Origin: Lingula anatina
Lineage: Eukaryota > Animalia > Brachiopoda
DNA: 64,000 bases
NCBI GenBank assembly: GCA_051362555.1
Contig: CM120646.1
Coordinates: 21,824,001-21,888,000, forward strand
Reading direction: 5' to 3'
Position numbers and translations under genes: made by a program
The notes under the pieces: model-generated
Told to the model about the DNA's origin: nothing
Seen by the model: the letters and a program-made list of their open reading frames with translations, nothing else
Database searches by the model: none
Shown: piece by piece, positions 57,650-64,000 of the stretch
Position numbering within the stretch: the stretch's first letter is position 1
Layout: each line of letters starts with the position of its first letter

Positions 57650-59316
57650 AGCAGATTAATGTGTTTAGTTGTTCTTGAATCTGCACTTTCATAACAGGCT
57701 ATCAGTGTGTTAATGGTACTGCTTTCCTCATCTGCTTTCTGAATATCTCTCCATACAGCTTCTTCCTGACCAGGTGACAAACAATTCAGAACCAAGTTGA
57801 TGCCTTCTCTTGCTTTCTGTTTGTAATACCTTCTCGTTCTTAGGGCAGCAGTATCATAGCTAGACTTAAGTTGACCTATAGCTGGTTCAAACCCACCACG
57901 AACAAGAAAATAATTCAAATTCCCCAGATCCTGGCTTTACAGGTGTAGAGGCCCAAGAAGCTTCAAGGTCTGTCCTCCCACTACTTTGTGAGCTGCTGCT
58001 GCTGCCTGACACTGGCATGTCTAACCCTGCACGCTGAAAACAGAGGTTCTTTGGTTATTGTAACCTTAATAATGGGAGAGGTGAAAAAAGAATTGGTGTA
58101 CCTAAATAAAAGAAGCTTTTCATATCAAATCCTCAATAAACGATCTAAATGGTCACAAACCTCAAAGTCCTGATTTACAAATTAACTCGATACTTTAACA
58201 ATGTAAAAACAGACTGAGTGATTTACAAAATCTCTACTTTAATATGAGAACAGTGGAGGAATTGCTATATAGTTATATCAGTAGTGTGCACCTTTATAAT
58301 TACAGTATTGCTAAAACTATGCATGGAAATGATATTATAACTTACATCAGTTTCTTCTTGGGCTGAAGAAAGGAAAGTTTAGACATAGAAGCCACAGTTG
58401 TATGTTTAGTTGCTGTATACTTCTTATGGTGACAAGGGGACCTTCAGACTATCGAGACGTACCTGTGACGGGCAGTCTCTTTCTCTTTTCACCTTTTATA
58501 GAGCTGAAAAAAGAATGGTATCACCTTTCAAATAAGTATCAGTCAAATATACTATTTAAATTTCTACAATATTAATAAAAAGTTGTTTCATAATATACAT
58601 ATATATATATGTATGTGCACAAACAATCATTGAATACATGCAAGTGAGTTACTCTAATTTCAGGGATGCTAGTCTTCCGGTTTTTACCGGAATTCCGGTT
58701 TTTTGCGTCCAGTTATAAAATTTTCTGGTACTATATTTTGTTCCGGAATTCTCGTTTTTAACGTGGTCGCGGACTGGACGAACGATGCGTCAGAGGAACG
58801 TCGCATTTCAACCATTGCGACAGAGCTGCGTTTCAACACAATATCTAGTCACAACCGTAGCACGTGATTTATTTATGGCGCTTGATTGGTTGGAAATGTA
58901 GGCTTTAATGTCGGCACCCATGTGGAAAGTTTTGACACCGCGTGCGCGGAATTTTGAACTAAACCAAACTAAATGGATTTCGCGGAGAGGGGAACAGACG
59001 ATATTAGCCATTACCAATCTTTGAAAATGATAAATGAAAGGGATTAACGTTTAGTGACTATCATTATCATGCTGGTGATTATCAAGCTTACGTGAGGTTG
59101 GGCAAAGTCGAAATGGCCGAGCCTGAATAAGCTCCTTTAGCTTGTTTCTGGACATGAAGCACTTTCAGGTTTTTAAGTGGTTTTTAACGTCTCTGGTACA
59201 CTCCCTAAGCAAAACACACCTCCTGTGGTATTGTATGGAATGCTGAGTCCGCACGGTATACTTTCTGCACCAGGAATATTCGCTATCTCACATCTAAGTC
59301 CGCCTCCTTCCGCCAT
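57650..59316 (-). pseudogene. Decayed, intron-containing Sola3-type transposase 5' region (catalytic region not seen)
   Basis: Frameshifted exon remnants at ~59090-59316, ~58345-58503 and ~57660-57950. A hAT-like end (cagggatgctagtc..ttccgg repeats) is inserted at ~58661. Confidence 0.55.
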
Positions 59317-60102
59317 GTTGTGTACATTTTGGGGTCAATGACGCAGAGTCATAAACGAAAGTTTCGAAATATTTTCTTTATCCTCTAATCGTTACAATAA
59401 CCTTTATAATTCGGAAAAAACTTTAAAATATTTTCTATTATGTTAATATAAACAAAAAAAGTACGATTTATAAAGATGAGACGCATTTGAACGGCACTAT
59501 CGACCGGAATCACTGTATAACTCACCGCTCACACCCCTCATTCTAGACGTCCACCCCAACGTATCCTGACGAGGTACAGTATTTTTTATTGCGTAATTAC
59601 AAAGCTCAAGTCCTTAACTGTTCAAAAATTGCCTTATTTTATTCAAATTTGACGCCGTGTTAGGCTAAATTTGCCAATCGGCGAGTGCTGATTTTTTACC
59701 TTGATTTTGTACCCTCTTTTCACGGGCCAATTTCGTTACTATAGCAACGTGATTGACAATTTAGTCACATATCATCCGAAAGGTCTTGGCATGGATCCTT
59801 AGAAAAAGGGAATAGTTAAGGCTGAAATGTCAAATCCTTCATGGAATTTACAAGCAAACTTCCACTACTTTTGTTACGATATTTTGTGTAGTCAAGACCC
59901 CCAAATTTCAGATGGCAATATCTATTTTTTCCAGAATTTTCAGAATTTTTTTAAAGTGTGTTTTCAACATCTTTTGTAACAGTTATCAAACACAGAAAAT
60001 TTGGGTTGAATCTGTTGACCCCCACCTTGCCGCTATTTGGTTGATTTTCTCGTGAAATGGCACTTAACCATTTGTAATATAGTTACCTGTATTTTTTTGT
60101 TA

Positions 60103-63100
60103 TTTTTATGTACAGACACAGATGTGTCTGTACATATAGCCGTCACCTGCGTCTGTCGTCGCCGTCGCCGTTGCCGTTGCTGTTGCCGTGCACTTTCACC
60201 GTAAACACAATAAGTGGAAAACGGTTTTACCTTTTGGCTTGAAACTTACAGAACTGATGAATATTTATAATACGCAGGTCAAGTTCGAAAATCAGCGTGA
60301 TTGGGTCATTTTTACTGAATTTAGGCTATTTTTTCACTTTTATTCAGCATTTTTGCAACACCGATAACACAATAAATGAAAAGCTTTTTTACCCTTTGGC
60401 TTGAAACTTACAGAACTGATAAATATTCATAATACACAGGTCGAGTTTGAAAATCAGCATGATTGGACCACTTTTATGGAAGATAAGCTGTTTTTTTTTC
60501 ACTTTTTTCAGCATATATGCAACACTCATAACATGATAAGTGAAAAACAGATAGGCCAATTGTCATAATACTCATAGGAGTGGCCAATCTTACTTAAACG
60601 AAGGTTGAGTTGAAAAATCAGCATAATCGGTCCATTATTTTAGAAGTTATGCTGTTTTTTCACATTTCCTCACATTCAATTCTTAGGCATGTTAACAGTC
60701 TCATTATTTAACTAATAAGATACGTAAAAGTGTTTGACATTTCCTGCATCTTTACAACATTGTTAGTTGATTTTGTAAAAATGATAGTAAACCTGTTATC
60801 GTGTATTGTGTAATAAAGTGTCAAAAATGGAAATAAACACTTATCATTGCAGTTTGTCAGGTTCAATCATCCACTATGTTCAGAATCTCATAATGGAGGA
60901 AATTGGACATATAACACTGTCTTATTGATATTTTCCCATCTCATCAATTTTCTTAGTTGGTCATATAAAAATGGCAGTAAACTGTTTATTTTGTTTTATG
61001 TTTAAAAAGTCTTAAAAATGGTTATAAACCCATTTCAGAACAGTGCTGTCTTGTTTCACTTTTTTCAGCATTTATGTAGCACCGATAACACGATAAGTAA
61101 AATACCATTTTACTTTTTGGCTTGAAACTTACAGAACTGATTAATATTTATAATAGGCAGGTCAAGTTTGAAATTCAGCATGATCCAGCTAATTTTAGGG
61201 AAGTTATGATAGTTTTTTTTTTCAAAATTTTCAGCATTTTTGTAACACAGAAAACAGGATCAGTGTAAAAATGTTTTTCTTTTTGGATTGAAACTGATGA
61301 ATATTCATAATACACATTTCAAGTTTGAAAATTGGCTTGATTGGACTATATTTACAACTGTTATGCTGTTTTTTTTCCTTATTCAGCATATATGCAACAC
61401 TGATAACACATTTTAAGGAAAACCAATCAGCCTTTTGTCTTGCAACTCACAGCAGTGATTAGTCTGACTAGTATACAGGTCAAGTTTGAAAATAAGCTTG
61501 ATCAGTTAAGTTTTGATGAAGTTATTAGCCTTTTTGTATATAAGTGTTTTTTTTCTTCAGATTTAATTCTTAGGCATGTTAACAGTCTCAATATGGAACT
61601 AATTAGATATGTAAAAATGTTGTTTTGACATTTTCTGCTTCTTAACAATATTGTTAGTTGATTGTATAAAAATGATGGTAAACCTGTTATCATGCATTGT
61701 GTAATAAAGTATCAAAAATGGAAAGGAACTCATCATTGCAGTTCGTCAGATCCAATCATTCACTATGTTCAGAATCTGCAAATGGAGCAAATTGGACATT
61801 TAAAATTGTTCTATTGATATTTTTCCTATGTCGACAATTTTCCTAGATGATCATTTAAAAATGACAGTAAATTGATTATTTTGTTTTATGTAAAAAGGTG
61901 TTGAAAATGGAAAGAAAATCATTTCAGTACAGTTATCTCTTGTTTACATTTTGGCATTTTGAACTTTGAACTTTGAACTTCCATGGTCTTGAAGACCTTC
62001 CCATATTACATTTTCTGAATATCCATGATACTTTTATTTTTTTTTTATAAAAAATTGATGGTCATTATGCTGTTAAGTATTGTGTTATATTGCATGGAAG
62101 TTGAAGAAACCTGTATTTTGGACACTGCTGCCAGGATAGCGATTAAGGGAAAACCATGTTACTTATGATACTCAAATTTACTGAAAAGTTTCATAAGACT
62201 GAAGTGCAGCTTGTGTTGGAAAACCAGTGTGATTGTTTTCTGTTTTGGAAGCAATGCAGTTCTATAGAGTGAACTGTGGTGCTATAAATGTATATGGCAG
62301 TATATTAATTCAGGGTCACAAACTAATTTGCTTAATTAATTTTCAAGTGGCCATTAAATGAGATTACATAAAACACACGTTCATAAAGTAATTTGCTTAA
62401 TAATTTTTCAAGTGGCCATTAAATGAGATTACATAAAACACACGATGAGATTTCATTCTAAAGTCCCCTGGGTATATCTTTCTTAACTGTGTCACATAAT
62501 TCGGAATCAATGATTATTGTGCAGGTAAATGTTAGTCATGTTAGTAATTAGACAGCTAGATTTAAAGTTTGAATAGCAGCTTTATTGGAATTTTTTGTTT
62601 TGTTTTATTTTACATTTTCTTTTAATTATTTTTCAAACACTAGCATCTTCAAGATATCACTTTCAACTCCCATCCACCAGAAGCACTGTGCATTTTCTGT
62701 TTTTCCACATAAGGAGTTGTGTTGGTTTTTATGTCTAATTATATTATTTTATGCACTGTCATCTTTTTTCACATATTGGGATTTTCATTATGTGAATTTT
62801 GAACTCTCACATATGGTCCTGAAACTGTAATCTTATTGACCATGTTATTCTGTTGTACATTTTGTGTAATTTTATCTTTCACATACTGGAATTTTAATTG
62901 TGGGACTTAAAACTCCCAAGGACATGTAACATTTAACTTTTATTGATACTACCTGTTGTGCAATATTTGCAACTTGACTGTTCTTTTTGGCAAATAATTA
63001 ATTTTCTTTCTAAAAAGTGTTTTTTTTTTTTTTTATAATCTCTTAAGATATTATTACAAAGTATAGCCATCTATGGATGTCACATGGTCTGATGAAAAGT

Positions 63101-63200
63101 TCAGATATCAGAATAATAGCTATGACTGCCCTTTTTGTAGTAAAACAAAATATATTATATTTCTGCGAGTTGTTTACACTGTTTAAACTCAAGTTGAAAG
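60103..63200 (+). mobile_element. Helentron (HINE) composite array
   Basis: Head at 60103. The body is colinear with ~10480-12750. Confidence 0.78.
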
Positions 63201-63539
63201 ATTTTATGATCTGAGAGATTTTATGTTCCGTGAAACTTGCTAGTGTTTCAATGTCCATGTTACCTGTAGTACATATGTAAGAGGGCAAGAGTAATTATGA
63301 TGTTTTAAAGCATTATGTAACAGCTCATCAGAAATGACCAAAACATATTATGGTGCACTCTTTTCTGCATATTGTGATCACCCCAATTGATGTTGAAGTC
63401 AATACGTGAAAATGAACCCAATTTCACTCTGACATTCAACATACAAACCATAAAAAAAGCATTAAGTAAATGAATTAATTTATTAATAGACCTCATATTT
63501 GCTAGGAAAGTAGCTTGCTGTCTAATTATGTCATTCCAG

Positions 63540-63929
63540 CTTCCTTGCCAAGTTGTGATGACGCCATCAGTGTTACTCTACCCTCGTCTTACTCTGTACG
63601 CACTGGACACAGCGTCACACTGCAGTGTACATTTACTCCTTATGCAGTGGAGTACCAAGTGAAGTGGTCGTGGAATTCAGAGGAGTATGAACTAGTTATA
63701 GGTAACTTAACTGGTACACCTGCAATACGTCCCAATGGGGGTGTTCTACAGCCAGCATGGAATGGAAGGTTGTCATTCCAGTCTCCAGCCTCACTTGTCA
63801 TCAGTGGTGTCACTGCAGCAGATGCTGGGACCTACACATGTGGGGTGAAGATAACATTAACATACCCATCAACATGTTCACCAGCTAACAGTCGCTATTT
63901 TGCATCAGATACAACCCTCTCTATTACAG
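63540..63929 (+). CDS. Ig V-set exon (copy 2), near-identical to 44549-44938
   Basis: ttccag|CT...ACAG|gtgaat, 390 nt, phase 1-1. 8 nt differences counted relative to copy 1. Confidence 0.88.
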
Positions 63930-64000
63930 GTGAATCCGACAGTTGTCAATGTTGCATATTCTTGTAAAATATTGAAAATGGATATTTTATATTGCTGTAA

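Larger units (their letters stand above)
55140..60063 (-). mobile_element. Sola3-like DNA transposon, defective (4.9 kb)
   Basis: TTAA TSD and ~555-bp near-perfect TIRs beginning GTGCCATTTCACGAGA. Minus-strand transposase N-terminal remnants: ATG 59316 MAEGGGLRC..., RECTRDVKNHLK..ELIQAR, and RTRRYYKQKA..LSPGQ..LIACYESADSRTTK. Confidence 0.7.

Overview
AT-rich eukaryotic genomic DNA from an invertebrate animal (probably a lophotrochozoan or mollusc; the species cannot be determined). It holds two intron-rich, plus-strand immunoglobulin-superfamily (IgSF) receptor genes, and almost all ORF-track entries are noise. Gene A (3' part only): extracellular Ig exon 13971-14219, TM exon 15247-15357, then two tandem NCAM-Ig1-like domains that lack the B-strand Cys and lie AFTER the TM, then a tail with YEN, a polybasic stretch and RKLPPLP, ending at 27072. 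All splice phases are concordant. Gene B (5' part): leader 42080-42152, V-set 44549-44938, I/C2 45292-45558, nephrin-type C2 52661-52972, and a near-identical second V exon 63540-63929. The large introns are paved by co-oriented, self-nested non-autonomous Helentron (HINE-type) arrays. Between the genes is an 8.1-kb quasi-palindrome made of two independent insertions of a 3.9-kb P-superfamily element (31-bp TIRs, each copy with its own 7-bp TSD) carrying a small spliced cargo unit. Also present are a decayed Sola3 element, an internally deleted Tc1, CACTA, Kolobok, Harbinger, hAT and Crypton-like MITEs, and a microhomology-flanked templated insertion. All family assignments come from recognised termini, TSDs and motifs, not from database searches.
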